Source of the DNA: Coriobacteriales bacterium
GTDB taxonomy: Bacteria > Actinomycetota > Coriobacteriia > Coriobacteriales > UBA8131
Length of the DNA: 64,000 nt
Reading direction: 5' to 3'
Assembly: GCA_031288185.1 (NCBI GenBank)
Contig: JAITRZ010000003.1
Location: 98 to 64,097, forward strand
Positions 48,922 through 58,842 of the stretch are shown one piece after another. Made by a program: the position numbers and the translations under genes. The notes under the pieces are model-generated. The model made no database searches and had not been told where the DNA came from. It was given only the letters and a program-made list of their open reading frames with translations. How positions within the stretch are numbered: position 1 is the first letter of the stretch; each line of letters begins with the position of its first letter.

Positions 48922-49679
48922 AGGAACAGGAACTGATGGGGGCTTTAGAGGCCCTGCTGTTTGTGTCCGATGAGCCGGTTAGCGCGGCGCAGTTGGCTCG
49001 TATCCTGGAGGTGGGTCCGGGCAAGGTGGATTCTGCCCTGGCCTTTTTGGCTACCCGATTTGCTGAAGAAGAACGCGGCATTCAGCTGAGGGAGGTCGCT
49101 GGTGGCTGGCGACTGTACAGTCATCCAGCCTACCACGAGCTGATTGAACACTACGTCGCCTCCTGGGATACCCGCGCCCTGTCCACGGCGGCTTTGGAGA
49201 CGTTGGCGGTGGTGGCCTACCACCAGCCGGTAACCCGCGCTGAAATCAACAGTATTCGCGGTGTCAACTCAGAAGGTGTTGTGCTGTCGTTGGTTGAAAA
49301 GGGGCTGTTGCGCGAGATGGGTCGCTCAGGCGCGCCGGGCAATGCCATTATCTACGGCACCAGTCGAGCCTTTTTAGAACGGTTTGGTCTGGCGAGCCTT
49401 AAGGATTTGCCACCACTGGCCGATTTTGCTCCCGACGCAGTCAGCCGCGACTACATTCGCCAACAGCTTATCGGTGGCGCTTCGGCTATCGATGCGGGCG
49501 AGAGTGGGCAAGATGACCTGACGGACGCTCGCTTGATTCTTGAGGCAGGCGACCTGGCGAACGTCCCTTCAGACTTTCCGGCAGATGAACTGGCGGATGT
49601 CCCGTTAGCTTCTCAGAAGGATAACGGGGCTTGTGAGCAGAAGGCTGCTAGCGCATCAGCACGTGATCTGTCGGTCTGA
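48918..49679 (+). CDS. scpB: Segregation and condensation protein B
   Basis: 'ALEALLFVSDEPVSAAQLARIL', 'GGWRLYS' and 'AALETLAVVAYHQPVTRAEINSIRGV' fit ScpB. Confidence 0.85.
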
Positions 49680-50726
49680 ATGATGGCTGCCTTCCCCCCA
49701 GCCTGCCCTCCTGTGACAGGCGATCCCTCAAGCCCTGACCTGCCATTGTCACAACGTGCGCCAGCAGACAGGGGCATAAAGGACACGGGCGCTTCATGCC
49801 CTGATCCCAGCAGTGAGACTTGTCCTTTTGATGAGTCCTGCTCCGTTACCGAGTTACCTACCCAGCGTTTGCAGAAGTTTCTGGCCCGGGCGGGGATTGG
49901 CTCACGGCGTAGTTGCGAGCATTTGATCAGCATGGGTCGGGTTACGGTCAACGGTCAGCCGGTCAGTCAACCGGGTACGAGGGTCTGCCCGCGCGGTGAT
50001 ACGGTTTGCGTGGACGGACGACCTGTTGTGTGCACGGATCATCAGGCCTATCTGATGTTGAACAAACCTTCCGGCTGCCTTACCACCATGTCTGATCCCC
50101 AGGGCCGACCAATAGTCGCCGACCTGCTGCCCAAGCCACGGCCGCCGGGCCTGTTTCCTGCTGGCCGTCTTGATCTTGATACTACCGGGCTTCTGCTGTT
50201 TTTGACGGACGGCAGTCTGGCTTACCGCCTGTTGCATCCCAGCCGCCATGTTCCCAAGCGCTACATCGCTGTGGTCGATGGGGTGTGCACTGAAAAAGAT
50301 GCCCAATTGCTGCGTCGCGGCGTGCTGCTTGCTGATGGCATGACCAAGCCGGCGACCGTAAACTTACTCTCGCCCCGCCGTGACGCCCATCTCAATGACC
50401 GACGCCTCCGTCAACTCAAAAAGCCAAGCACCCGCGAACGCGTCCTTGCCGCTCAGGGTCAACTGCCAACGGTTCAGAGCACGGTTGCCATCACCATCAG
50501 CGAAGGCAGAAAGCGACAGGTTAAACGCATGTTTGCGCATATTGGCCGTCCGGTGCTGAAGCTGCACCGCCAGACCTTTGGCCCTCTGCAGTTGGGCGAT
50601 TTGCCGGTAGGGGAGTGCCGTCCCTTGACGGCTGCTGAGATTGGCGCCCTGTATGAGGCCGTCGGCGCAGAGGCACCCGTTGCGCCCCGTGTCCAGCGCC
50701 CAGCTCCTGCCAACTCATCTGAGTAA
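49680..50726 (+). CDS. rluB: RsuA/RluB-family rRNA pseudouridine synthase with N-terminal extension
   Basis: S4 domain 'RLQKFLARAGIGSRRSCEHLISMGRVTVNG', catalytic 'GRLDLDTTGLLLFTDG', and 'EGRKRQVKRMF'. Confidence 0.82.
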   Translation: MMAAFPPACPPVTGDPSSPDLPLSQRAPADRGIKDTGASCPDPSSETCPFDESCSVTELPTQRLQKFLARAGIGSRRSCEHLISMGRVTVNGQPVSQPGTRVCPRGDTVCVDGRPVVCTDHQAYLMLNKPSGCLTTMSDPQGRPIVADLLPKPRPPGLFPAGRLDLDTTGLLLFLTDGSLAYRLLHPSRHVPKRYIAVVDGVCTEKDAQLLRRGVLLADGMTKPATVNLLSPRRDAHLNDRRLRQLKKPSTRERVLAAQGQLPTVQSTVAITISEGRKRQVKRMFAHIGRPVLKLHRQTFGPLQLGDLPVGECRPLTAAEIGALYEAVGAEAPVAPRVQRPAPANSSE

Positions 50727-50840
50727 GCGTCCAGCCTCGTTGTCCTGTTCCGCTGGGCAGGTAACTGGACAGCGCAGATCGTCTCTACTATAGTTTGAGG
50801 CCAATGTTCTTATTACCGATCATATCGATAGGAGAAAGAA

Positions 50841-51827
50841 GTGATAGAGCCAAAGCAGCCGACAACCCCCCCGGATTCTCTCGCTAGCTCAGAGGTTGGT
50901 TTATCATCAGGCACCGTCCCTGCCGTCCCTCGTTCGTCCAGCGCCACGCTTGCCCCCTTCCGTCAAAAGCGTGTCATCACCATCCAGGATGTCAGCTGCG
51001 TTGGCAAATGTTCGCTCACGGTTGCCTTGCCGATACTGTCCGCAGCCGGCATTGAAACCTCCATTTTGCCTACGGCTATCCTTTCTACGCATACAGGCGG
51101 CTTTACTGGCTACACTTTTCGTGATCTAACTGAAGACGTCAGGCCGATCTGCCAGCACTGGCAGACCCTGGATCTTGCTGTTGATGCCATCTATACGGGC
51201 TATCTGGGCAGCCAGGAACAGCAGCGTTTAATCGCGGACATCTTTGCTAACTTTGGCGCTGCCGATACCCTTATCATGGTAGATCCGGCTATGGCCGATG
51301 AAGGCAGGTTGTACCCGGCGTTTGATAATGAATTTGCTCTTGGAATGCGCGATTTGGTCACGACGGCCGATCTGATAGTGCCTAATCTTACTGAGGCGGC
51401 GCTGCTGTTGCAAAAACCTTATCAGGGTAGCGATTATACCCAGGGCTACCTTGAGCAGACCTTACGTGAGCTGGCAGCGTTAGGCCCGCGCCAGGTTGTC
51501 GTCACCGGTGTCAGCTTTGCTCCGGATAGGCTGGGCGCAGCCGCCTATGACCGCGAAACGGGCCATTTTGATTATTACTTCACTGAGCGCGTTGAGGGTT
51601 ACTATCACGGCACGGGAGACATCTATTCCAGCGTGCTTTTGGCCGCGCTGCTTAATGATCGCGGTTTGGGAGAGGCCATTGGTGTGGCCTGTGAGTTTAC
51701 GGTTGGCGCTATTCGCCGGACGGCTCAGGCGGGCACTGACCCCAAATACGGTGTTGATTTTGAGCATCAGCTGGGTCAACTGCTTACATTGTTGAACCCT
51801 GCACCGGTGCCTGCTATGCTACACTAA
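50841..51827 (+). CDS. pdxK: Pyridoxal/pyridoxamine kinase
   Basis: AGGAGA RBS before GTG at 50841. 'VITIQDVSCVGKCSLTVALPILSAAGIE...LPTAILSTHTGGF', 'DAIYTGYLGS', 'DPAMAD' and 'GTGDIYSSVLLAAL' fit the ribokinase-fold PdxK/PdxY family. Confidence 0.8.
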   Translation: MIEPKQPTTPPDSLASSEVGLSSGTVPAVPRSSSATLAPFRQKRVITIQDVSCVGKCSLTVALPILSAAGIETSILPTAILSTHTGGFTGYTFRDLTEDVRPICQHWQTLDLAVDAIYTGYLGSQEQQRLIADIFANFGAADTLIMVDPAMADEGRLYPAFDNEFALGMRDLVTTADLIVPNLTEAALLLQKPYQGSDYTQGYLEQTLRELAALGPRQVVVTGVSFAPDRLGAAAYDRETGHFDYYFTERVEGYYHGTGDIYSSVLLAALLNDRGLGEAIGVACEFTVGAIRRTAQAGTDPKYGVDFEHQLGQLLTLLNPAPVPAMLH

Positions 51828-51860
51828 ACGCGCCAATAAACACGCTGTTAGGAGATGATC

Positions 51861-52235
51861 ATGAGCGATTCTGTAGAATTTGAAAATGCGGTTACCGAGG
51901 TCAACGATGGCCTTGAGCAAGATGTCCATTCTGTCGAGGACATCGATACCGCGTCAGATTTTGAGCTGAAACACACCCCCGCCATTGAACTGGAAGAACT
52001 CAAGTCCGGGCAGCTTATCAAGGTTTCCATTGGTCTTAAAGGCATTGAGCACCCGCAAACCGAGGAGCATTTCATTGAATGGATTCGCCTGTTTGTTGGT
52101 ACAGAACCGGTGGGTGAGCGCGCTTTTGGTCCTGGCGATGATGTTCAAGCCAGCTTTGAGATCGAGCGCTCCAGTGCTCAGGTCATAGCCCAGGCCCTCT
52201 GCAACCTGCACGGTCTTTGGGAAGCGCGTATCTAG
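51861..52235 (+). CDS. Superoxide reductase (neelaredoxin / class II-III SOR domain)
   Basis: 'KHTPAIE...IEHPQTEEHFIEWIRLF...ALCNLHGLWE' gives the His/His/His/Cys/His ligand pattern of the desulfoferrodoxin Fe-binding domain. Confidence 0.8.
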   Translation: MSDSVEFENAVTEVNDGLEQDVHSVEDIDTASDFELKHTPAIELEELKSGQLIKVSIGLKGIEHPQTEEHFIEWIRLFVGTEPVGERAFGPGDDVQASFEIERSSAQVIAQALCNLHGLWEARI

Positions 52236-52266
52236 TTGTTCCTCACGCGCTCTTTGTGCCCTCCGC

Positions 52267-52680
52267 CTAGTCCTTGGCCTCACCTGCCTGCTGGTCAAGA
52301 AACTCGGCAAGGGTCTCGCCCCCTTGCTCAGCAACAGTTATTCGCAGGTCAAAGCGCGTAGCGATAGCATCGGCCTGTCGGCGGCGCAGGTCGGCCTTGG
52401 TCAGCTGACCGTCGTTTTCAAGCAAATCTGACTCATAGTACAAAGAACGAACCACCCAGGCGGCCAGCTGGGGGTCAAAGTTGCCTAGTTCCAGCACCTC
52501 AACCAGTGACTGAGGCTCAAGCGCGAACATCAGCCGGGGGTCTAAGTCCACCGCCTCGGCCACCGCTCCCTCAATCTCTTCCAATTCAGCCCTGCGGGTG
52601 GGAAACTGACGGGCCAGGGAACGGCGCAATACGCGCACCAACTGTAAGATCATGCGCATGATATAGTCGTTTTCAAACAC
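52267..52680 (-). CDS. Hypothetical protein co-oriented with and abutting ruvB
   Basis: 137-aa ORF starting one nt after the ruvB stop. Predicted helical. No family confidently recognised. Confidence 0.45.
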   Translation of the reverse strand: MFENDYIMRMILQLVRVLRRSLARQFPTRRAELEEIEGAVAEAVDLDPRLMFALEPQSLVEVLELGNFDPQLAAWVVRSLYYESDLLENDGQLTKADLRRRQADAIATRFDLRITVAEQGGETLAEFLDQQAGEAKD

Positions 52681-53823
52681 TTACAGGCCCTCGATACGCG
52701 TTTGTCGGTCTGCGGAAGCCTCATCGCTGCGAATGCGGGCGGTTTCCTGTGCCTCTGCGGTATCATACAAAGCCATGTCGCTGGGATAGGGCAGGCCACG
52801 GTGCTCAAAGGCTCGTTGTGTTGCTATACGACCCCTGGGCGTGCGCTGTATCAACCCCTGCTGCAACAGGTAGGGCTCGTACACATCCTCCAGGGTATCC
52901 GGATCCTCGCCCAGGGCGCTGGACAGGGTGTTGAGACCTACCGGCGCGCCAGCAAAGGTCAGGGTCAGGATATCCAAAATCTTATTATCCATACTATCCA
53001 AACCAAGCGTATCCACTTCAAAAAAAGACAGAGCCCGACGGGTAACCTCCAGATTTATCTCTCCCTGGGCCTTCACCTCGGCAAAATCGCGAACCCGTTT
53101 AAGGAGGCGGTTTGCCAGGCGTGGGGTGCCGCGGCTACGGCCTGCTATCTCTAAAGCGGCGTCTGGGCTGGTTGTGACATTTAAGATGCGCGCCGAGCGC
53201 TCAACAATATCCCTGAGCTCTGCGGTTGCGTAGTAATCAAGGCGAAAGGCAATGCCAAATCGGTCGCGCAAAGGTCCGGTTAAAAGGCCGGTGCGGGTGG
53301 TGGCACCAATCAGGGTAAAAGGCAGAATATCCAGACGGAGTGAACGAGCGGCCGGTCCTTTGCCTATGACAATATCAAGCGCAAAATCCTCCATCGCCGG
53401 GTAGAGAACCTCTTCAACCGCGCGATTCAGGCGATGGATTTCATCAATGAACAGCACATCACCGCTCTCCAGATTGGTGAGGATGGCCGCTAAATCCCCA
53501 GCCCGTTCAATAGCCGGGCCGCTGGTTATCTTGATGCCTACGCCCATCTCACCTGCGACTATGCCGGCCAGGGTCGTCTTTCCAAGTCCGGGAGGGCCGC
53601 TTAGTAGCAGGTGATCCAGGGCCTCATTTCTGGCCTTGGCCGCAGCAATCAATACGGCCAGATTCTCCTTGACCCGTAGCTGGCCCAGGTAGTCGTCCAG
53701 GCATTGGGGCCTGAGCGAACGATCCAGGCCGGCATCATCCTCGGTCGCGCGCGGTGTTACGCTCCGTGCCAAAGCACCGTTTTGTGACGGGTTGTCTATC
53801 CTGTCCGCTTCCCAGATCGCCAT
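52681..53823 (-). CDS. ruvB: Holliday junction branch migration helicase RuvB
   Basis: '[19 protein letters not shown]', Walker A '[11 protein letters not shown]', '[11 protein letters not shown]', '[19 protein letters not shown]' and '[17 protein letters not shown]'. Confidence 0.95.
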   Translation of the reverse strand: MAIWEADRIDNPSQNGALARSVTPRATEDDAGLDRSLRPQCLDDYLGQLRVKENLAVLIAAAKARNEALDHLLLSGPPGLGKTTLAGIVAGEMGVGIKITSGPAIERAGDLAAILTNLESGDVLFIDEIHRLNRAVEEVLYPAMEDFALDIVIGKGPAARSLRLDILPFTLIGATTRTGLLTGPLRDRFGIAFRLDYYATAELRDIVERSARILNVTTSPDAALEIAGRSRGTPRLANRLLKRVRDFAEVKAQGEINLEVTRRALSFFEVDTLGLDSMDNKILDILTLTFAGAPVGLNTLSSALGEDPDTLEDVYEPYLLQQGLIQRTPRGRIATQRAFEHRGLPYPSDMALYDTAEAQETARIRSDEASADRQTRIEGL

Positions 53824-53869
53824 ATCTCATGTGCTCCCTTTATGTGCGTTGGTGGGTCTGCGCGCCCAC

Positions 53870-54445
53870 TCAACCCAGATACCGCAATGCCGCACGCACG
53901 GCCGCGCCGGTGTCCTCTGGATCGCCGCCAGCGGCCGCCAGGGCGTTTTTTGCCTCGGTGGCTGAAAAACCCATTGCCTCTAACGCCGCCATCGCCTCAA
54001 CGTACACGCCGTTGGTCACCGGGCCGTCTTTCGACCCAAATTCGTCCGTTATAACACCCTTTAACTCCAGGATGATACGCTGGGCGGTTTTCTTGCCGAT
54101 ACCGCTGACCTGGGTTAGACGAGCGCTGTCACCGCCGGCGATGATGGCGGTGAGTTCACTCGGCGCATAGGCCGAAAGAATGGCCAGCGCATATTTGGCC
54201 CCAACACCTGAAACCGATGTTAGTTGCTCAAACAGCTGTCGCTCAGCAACAGAGCCAAAGCCGTACAGGGTCAGGCTGTCAGCGCGTACCTGCAATAAGG
54301 TGGGCACCTGCACCAGCGAACCGATGGCGCCCAGGCCGGCCAAGGCACCGGTGGGCATCAGCAGCAGAAAACCAACACCGCCAACGTCCACAACGGCACT
54401 GTTCTCGTCGCGCGCTATCAACTCACCCTGAATTGAAGCTATCAT
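53870..54445 (-). CDS. ruvA: Holliday junction DNA-binding protein RuvA
   Basis: 'MIASIQGELIARDENSAVVDVGGVGF', helix-hairpin-helix 'LTSVSGVGAKYALAIL' and 'LTQVSGIGKKTAQRIILELK'. Confidence 0.9.
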   Translation of the reverse strand: MIASIQGELIARDENSAVVDVGGVGFLLLMPTGALAGLGAIGSLVQVPTLLQVRADSLTLYGFGSVAERQLFEQLTSVSGVGAKYALAILSAYAPSELTAIIAGGDSARLTQVSGIGKKTAQRIILELKGVITDEFGSKDGPVTNGVYVEAMAALEAMGFSATEAKNALAAAGGDPEDTGAAVRAALRYLG

Positions 54446-54530
54446 CTCATGCTCATTTCCTCTTGTGCGGCCCTGCGCGTGTCATCTGAGGGTCGTCTGA
54501 TAGGTCTCACCCTATCACTTTCTCCCGTTA

Positions 54531-54681
54531 CCGTCCGGGCAGACGCGTAGGGGCGTGATCGCCTTTGTGCAATGGGGGCACCCATGCAATGCCGTCTGGG
54601 GCAGACGCATAGGGGCGCAACGCTGACTTTCCGAGCGAACAAGCTCAGGTCTGCCGTCCGGGCAGACGTGTATGGGCGTGA
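54531..54681. repeat. Roughly 28-bp motif x3 (ccgtcYggggcagacgYRtaKgggcgYRa), about 61-bp period
   Basis: Copies at 54531-54558, 54592-54620 and 54654-54681. The third lies inside the last 12 codons of ruvC. Confidence 0.8.
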
Positions 54682-55142
54682 CAGACTGCCGCCGCCAGGG
54701 CATCGGCCGCATGATCCGGGGCGGGTAGGTGATCCAGCCTCAACAGCGCCTTGACCATGTATTGAACCTGCGCCTTGTCTGCTCCCCCGCTGCCCACAAC
54801 GGCCTTTTTGATAGCGGCGGGAGCATATTCTGCCACCTCCAGCCGGCTTTCCGCAGCCGCAATTAAAGCCACTCCTCGTGCCTGTGCGGTAGCAATGGCG
54901 CTCTTTGAATTGCCCTTATGGTAGACCGTTTCGATGCTCAGCTCCAGCGGTTGATAGCGACGAATCACCGCCAGCAATTCAAAATAGATGGTTGCCAGGC
55001 GCTGTGATTCTGCCACGCCTGCCTGGGTAGAAATACAGCCGTAGGCCACCGGCTCCAGCCGAGAGGCCACAAGCGCAACCACTCCCCAGCCGCAATTTGC
55101 CAGGCCGGGATCAACACCCAGGATGGTTATCTGTCTGCTCAC
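54645..55142 (-). CDS. ruvC: Holliday junction resolvase RuvC
   Basis: 'ILGVDPGLANCGWGVV' (catalytic Asp), 'LSIETVYHKGNSKSA' (Glu), and 'PDHAADALAAAVCHA' (His/Asp). Confidence 0.9.
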   Translation of the reverse strand: MSRQITILGVDPGLANCGWGVVALVASRLEPVAYGCISTQAGVAESQRLATIYFELLAVIRRYQPLELSIETVYHKGNSKSAIATAQARGVALIAAAESRLEVAEYAPAAIKKAVVGSGGADKAQVQYMVKALLRLDHLPAPDHAADALAAAVCHAHTRLPGRQT

Positions 55143-55290
55143 CTCAAGTCCTCGCTTTGGAATTGTGCTGCTATACTCAGGCCAACAACAGCAAGGCCCA
55201 GGCCAGCAACGTTCAGTCAGATTATAGCGGCAATGGGCGCCTTCGCTGTTGGCAAAAAATGCCAGGCCAGATTACGTGAGGAGTAAAGCT

Positions 55291-55773
55291 ATGCTAAGGA
55301 TACAGGATAGCTGTTTCAAGCAGCTTCGCTGGTACTTTCTGGCACAGTCCGGCGCAGCGATGCTCATTGTGATACTGCTGATGTCACTTGCGAGCATCAT
55401 CGATTCTGAAGTGGTTGTGGCCTCCATTGGCGCGTCGGTGTTTATCGCCATGAGCATGCCCCAGGCAAAAACCAGTCGCGCGCGCTACTTCATTGGTGGG
55501 TATGCGTGCGGCATCCTGGCTGGCGCTGCGGGCTTTGCGTTGATGACGGCTGTCCCCTTCATGCCTCATGCTCTGGTGGCTGGCCTGGCTGTTGGTTTGG
55601 CCGTGATGTTGATGGTTTGCCTAAACTGTGAACATCCGCCTGCGGCCGCCCTGGCACTGGGATTGGTACTAACACCGCATACGCTGGCCGCTATGGCCAT
55701 TGCGCTGGGCTTTGTGACGCTGCTGTCACTGGCGCTGCACTTCCTGCGTCCCTGGATGCGTAATCTGCTTTAG
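55291..55773 (+). CDS. HPP-family membrane protein
   Basis: GAGGAG RBS before the ATG at 55291. Four hydrophobic helices and the eponymous 'CEHPPAAALALG' motif. Confidence 0.75.
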   Translation: MLRIQDSCFKQLRWYFLAQSGAAMLIVILLMSLASIIDSEVVVASIGASVFIAMSMPQAKTSRARYFIGGYACGILAGAAGFALMTAVPFMPHALVAGLAVGLAVMLMVCLNCEHPPAAALALGLVLTPHTLAAMAIALGFVTLLSLALHFLRPWMRNLL

Positions 55774-55952
55774 GAAACGCCGGCCCCAGACCCGGCCTTG
55801 TGCCCCTGGTGCCGGCCCTGGCTGGCAGCGGTTCGGCTGATGCTGGCTGATGCTGGTAACGGTCTGGCTGGCAGTAAATCGGGGATGGTGCGCTTGGCCT
55901 TTGGCCTGAAGCCGGCCCTTGTCTCCTCGTGACTGTTTTGGGCACTGCGCTA

Positions 55953-56669
55953 TCAGCGGTACAGCACAGAAAGGTCAATGTCAAAGCGCTTGACCAGGAG
56001 GTTTTTGAAGAAGTAGATAGCGGCCAGCATTCCCAGTATCAGGGCTATGAGCGACCCTGCCCCAATAAGTACCACCCCCTGGGTGGCGCTACCCATGCTG
56101 CTGGTTACGGCTGCGGTACCGGCCCCAAAGGCACGCCCCACAAAAAGGGCAATGATGAGAATCACGATAATAGTCCCAAAGGCAACCGTGCGAGAGGATC
56201 CTGAACTCTGCGTCTTAAGGCGCGAATGGCACACCAGATGGCTTACAAAAAAGCTCAAGGCAAACACGATCCAGGGAATGAGATAAAACGGCAGCGCCAT
56301 GTTTGGGTTTAGAAAATGTGCCCCCTGCATAAGTAGGGCTAACAAGATGCCGGCAATCTCCAACAACAGTCCCGTCCAGGTTAAGTAGGTGTTCTGCACG
56401 GCACTGTCCCGTGTTTCAGTGCTCCAGATAGCAAAAGCCAGGCCCGCCAGAGCAAAGGCAGCCTGCACAAAGGCCAGCACTTCGCCCACCAGATCGTCCT
56501 GCAACAGGCCGAGAGCAAAGCCCGCTGCTGCTAATATGAGGCCAACGATGGCGACCGAAAAAAGGTTGAAGGTGCTAAACACCTGGCTTTGCTGCGCGTT
56601 GTTGGCAAACACAAAGTGCTCGGCCTGTTCTCTTTCAGAGGAAGTCATCATGCTTCTTGTGCCTTTCAT
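55953..56669 (-). CDS. Hypothetical polytopic membrane protein (about 6 TM)
   Basis: 238-aa ORF with regularly spaced hydrophobic segments. No recognised family. The start is uncertain, as several Met codons lie near the N-terminus. Confidence 0.45.
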   Translation of the reverse strand: MKGTRSMMTSSEREQAEHFVFANNAQQSQVFSTFNLFSVAIVGLILAAAGFALGLLQDDLVGEVLAFVQAAFALAGLAFAIWSTETRDSAVQNTYLTWTGLLLEIAGILLALLMQGAHFLNPNMALPFYLIPWIVFALSFFVSHLVCHSRLKTQSSGSSRTVAFGTIIVILIIALFVGRAFGAGTAAVTSSMGSATQGVVLIGAGSLIALILGMLAAIYFFKNLLVKRFDIDLSVLYR

Positions 56670-57100
56670 CTGGCGCGTCGTGCGCGGTTCATGTGCTAGA
56701 AGGGCTTAGGCCCTTGGCCGTATCTGCGCTTCTTTCATCTGGTGTGTCGCATGCGGTTTGTACGCGCTGTACCCTATCGTGCGTGCAATGATAGAACAAC
56801 CCCCTCATCAAGGCAAGGCTTTTGAGTGCCGGTAAGGTCATAGGTGAGGTTATACCGGTGAGGTTTGTTTTGGCAGGGCTTCCCAAGCGCCAAGGCCAAC
56901 GTGAGATCTGCTCCGGCAGGCTGTCAGACAGGTGAGGACTTCAAACGGGCAGGGCTTTTGGGAAGGTAAGGTTTTCAGGCAGGTGAGACCAGTCAGGAAA
57001 CTGAAAGCAAAAACGCAACCATTCGCTAACGGCGCGCTAACGGCGGCGGCTTTGTGCTTGACGGTCTAGGCATGATTCACCTACCATACAAGCAGGCATT

Positions 57101-57130
57101 TTGATCCCGTCGCTTTGGCGTGTCTATAGT
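57101..57130 (+). promoter_or_regulatory. Candidate promoter of a short leader/sRNA upstream of rny
   Basis: TTGATC (57101-57106), an 18-nt spacer, then TATAGT (57125-57130). A second candidate (TTGACG at 57058-57063, then TACCAT 18 nt downstream) lies further upstream. Confidence 0.4.
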
Positions 57131-57180
57131 ATAAAACCAGTAATACCCGCTTAATTTTGGTTTGCGCATATGATCATCAT

Positions 57181-57203
57181 GCCGGATGTATGTCCGGCTT
57201 TTT
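57181..57203 (+). terminator. Intrinsic terminator: GCCGGA-tgtatg-TCCGGC followed by TTTTT
   Basis: Perfect 6-bp GC-rich stem, 6-nt loop and a 5-T run, 49 nt upstream of the rny ATG. No upstream plus-strand gene exists for it to terminate. Confidence 0.6.
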
Positions 57204-57251
57204 GTCGGATAGGGCATCTCAAACAACTAAAAATATAAATGAGGTGTAAAA

Positions 57252-58811
57252 ATGGGAATCGAAGTCATCATTGTTGGCTTGGTGGCCTTGGTGGTAGGTG
57301 TGGCTATTGGTTTTGCGCTCCAGCGTACCATGCTCAAAAACGATACAAAAAACGCTTGGGACAACGCCGGGCGCATCAAGGACGACGCTGAAAAGCAGGC
57401 TGACATCATCAGGCGTGAGGCTCGTGCTGAGGCCAAGGACGCAGCCTATCAACTTAAACAGGCCGTTGAGCATGAGGTAGACGAACGCCGTCAAGAACTT
57501 AAAGCCTCTGAAAACCGGCTTTTGCAGCGTGAGGAAATACTGGATAAACGCGAAGAAAGCCTGGAGAAGCGCTCCGCAACTCTGGACGGTCGCGAACACC
57601 AGCTTTCGTCATTGGCTGGTCAAGTAGAGAAGAAAGAACGGGAGGTCGCCGAGAACCTGGACGAGGCCAGTCGCCGCCTGCGAGAGATTGCCGGCATGAG
57701 CACCGAGCAGGCCAGGGAAGCCCTCCTTGCGAGTGTGCGCAACGATGTGACTCGTGAGGCCGCCGCCATCATTCGTGAACGTGAGCAGCAAACCAGAAAT
57801 GAGGCCGATAAGAAGGCCCGGGAGATACTGTCCCTGGCTATTCAGCGGGTCGCCTCTGACCACACGGCTGAACTAACGGTAACCTCCGTTTCCATACCTT
57901 CAGACGACATCAAGGGACGCATTATCGGCAAGGAAGGCCGCAATATCCGCACCTTTGAGCAGATTACCGGCATTAATCTGATCATTGATGACACGCCAGA
58001 GACCGTGATCATCTCCAGCTTTGACCCGGTACGTCGCGAAATTGGCCGCATCACGTTGGAAAATCTGATTGCTGATGGTCGTATCCACCCAGCGCGCATT
58101 GAGGAGATGTTTAACAAGGCCACAAAGTTGGTTCATCGCGAAGTGCAGGAGGCTGGCGACCGAGCGGTATTTGACATTGGCATCATCGACTTGCACCCTG
58201 AGTTAGTCAAAACCCTGGGCGCCTTGCGCTACCGTACCTCTTTTGGCCAAAATGTACTTCAACATTCGCTGGAAGTTGCCTATTTAGCTGGTGTGATGGC
58301 CGCTGAACTAGGGCTTGATCCTACTGCCCCTCGTCGTGCTGGGCTGTTACATGATCTGGGCAAGGCGCTTGATCACGAGGTGGGTGGCTCCCATGCTGTT
58401 AGTGGCGCCGATCTTGCCAGACGTTTTGGCGAAAAGCAAGAGATCGTCCACGCCATCGAAGCCCACCACGGCGACATCGAACCCTCCAGCGTACTGGCGG
58501 TGCTGGTGCAGGCTGCCGATGCCATCTCTGGAGCCCGCCCGGGTGCCCGGAGAGAATCGGTGGAAACCTATATCAAGCGCCTAGAACAGCTTGAAAGCAT
58601 CGCAAATTCCTACACCGGCGTTGAAAAAACCTATGTCATGCAGGCTGGCCGTGAAATCAGGGTGATGGTAGAACCCCAGCGTATTGATGATGACCAGGCC
58701 ACCATAATGGCGCGTGACATCGCGCACCAGATTGAAAGCGAGATGCAATATCCTGGTCAGGTCAAGGTACTGGTAATCCGCGAGAGCCGAGCTGTCAGCG
58801 TGGCAAAATAA
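57252..58811 (+). CDS. rny: Ribonuclease Y
   Basis: N-terminal TM, a long coiled coil, KH domain '[19 protein letters not shown]', and HD domain '[15 protein letters not shown]...LLHDLGKA'. GAGGTG RBS. Confidence 0.95.
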   Translation: MGIEVIIVGLVALVVGVAIGFALQRTMLKNDTKNAWDNAGRIKDDAEKQADIIRREARAEAKDAAYQLKQAVEHEVDERRQELKASENRLLQREEILDKREESLEKRSATLDGREHQLSSLAGQVEKKEREVAENLDEASRRLREIAGMSTEQAREALLASVRNDVTREAAAIIREREQQTRNEADKKAREILSLAIQRVASDHTAELTVTSVSIPSDDIKGRIIGKEGRNIRTFEQITGINLIIDDTPETVIISSFDPVRREIGRITLENLIADGRIHPARIEEMFNKATKLVHREVQEAGDRAVFDIGIIDLHPELVKTLGALRYRTSFGQNVLQHSLEVAYLAGVMAAELGLDPTAPRRAGLLHDLGKALDHEVGGSHAVSGADLARRFGEKQEIVHAIEAHHGDIEPSSVLAVLVQAADAISGARPGARRESVETYIKRLEQLESIANSYTGVEKTYVMQAGREIRVMVEPQRIDDDQATIMARDIAHQIESEMQYPGQVKVLVIRESRAVSVAK

Positions 58812-58842
58812 GTGGCGGTGGGTTTTTCATAACTCGCCTTAG

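Noticed and set aside
54531-54681. CRISPR-like array (and likewise the arrays at 46914-46973 and 298-341).
   Set aside because: There are only 3-5 imperfect copies. The units are 11-28 bp, with either no spacers or roughly 33-bp 'spacers' in a single short run. No cas genes are nearby. One copy is inside ruvC.
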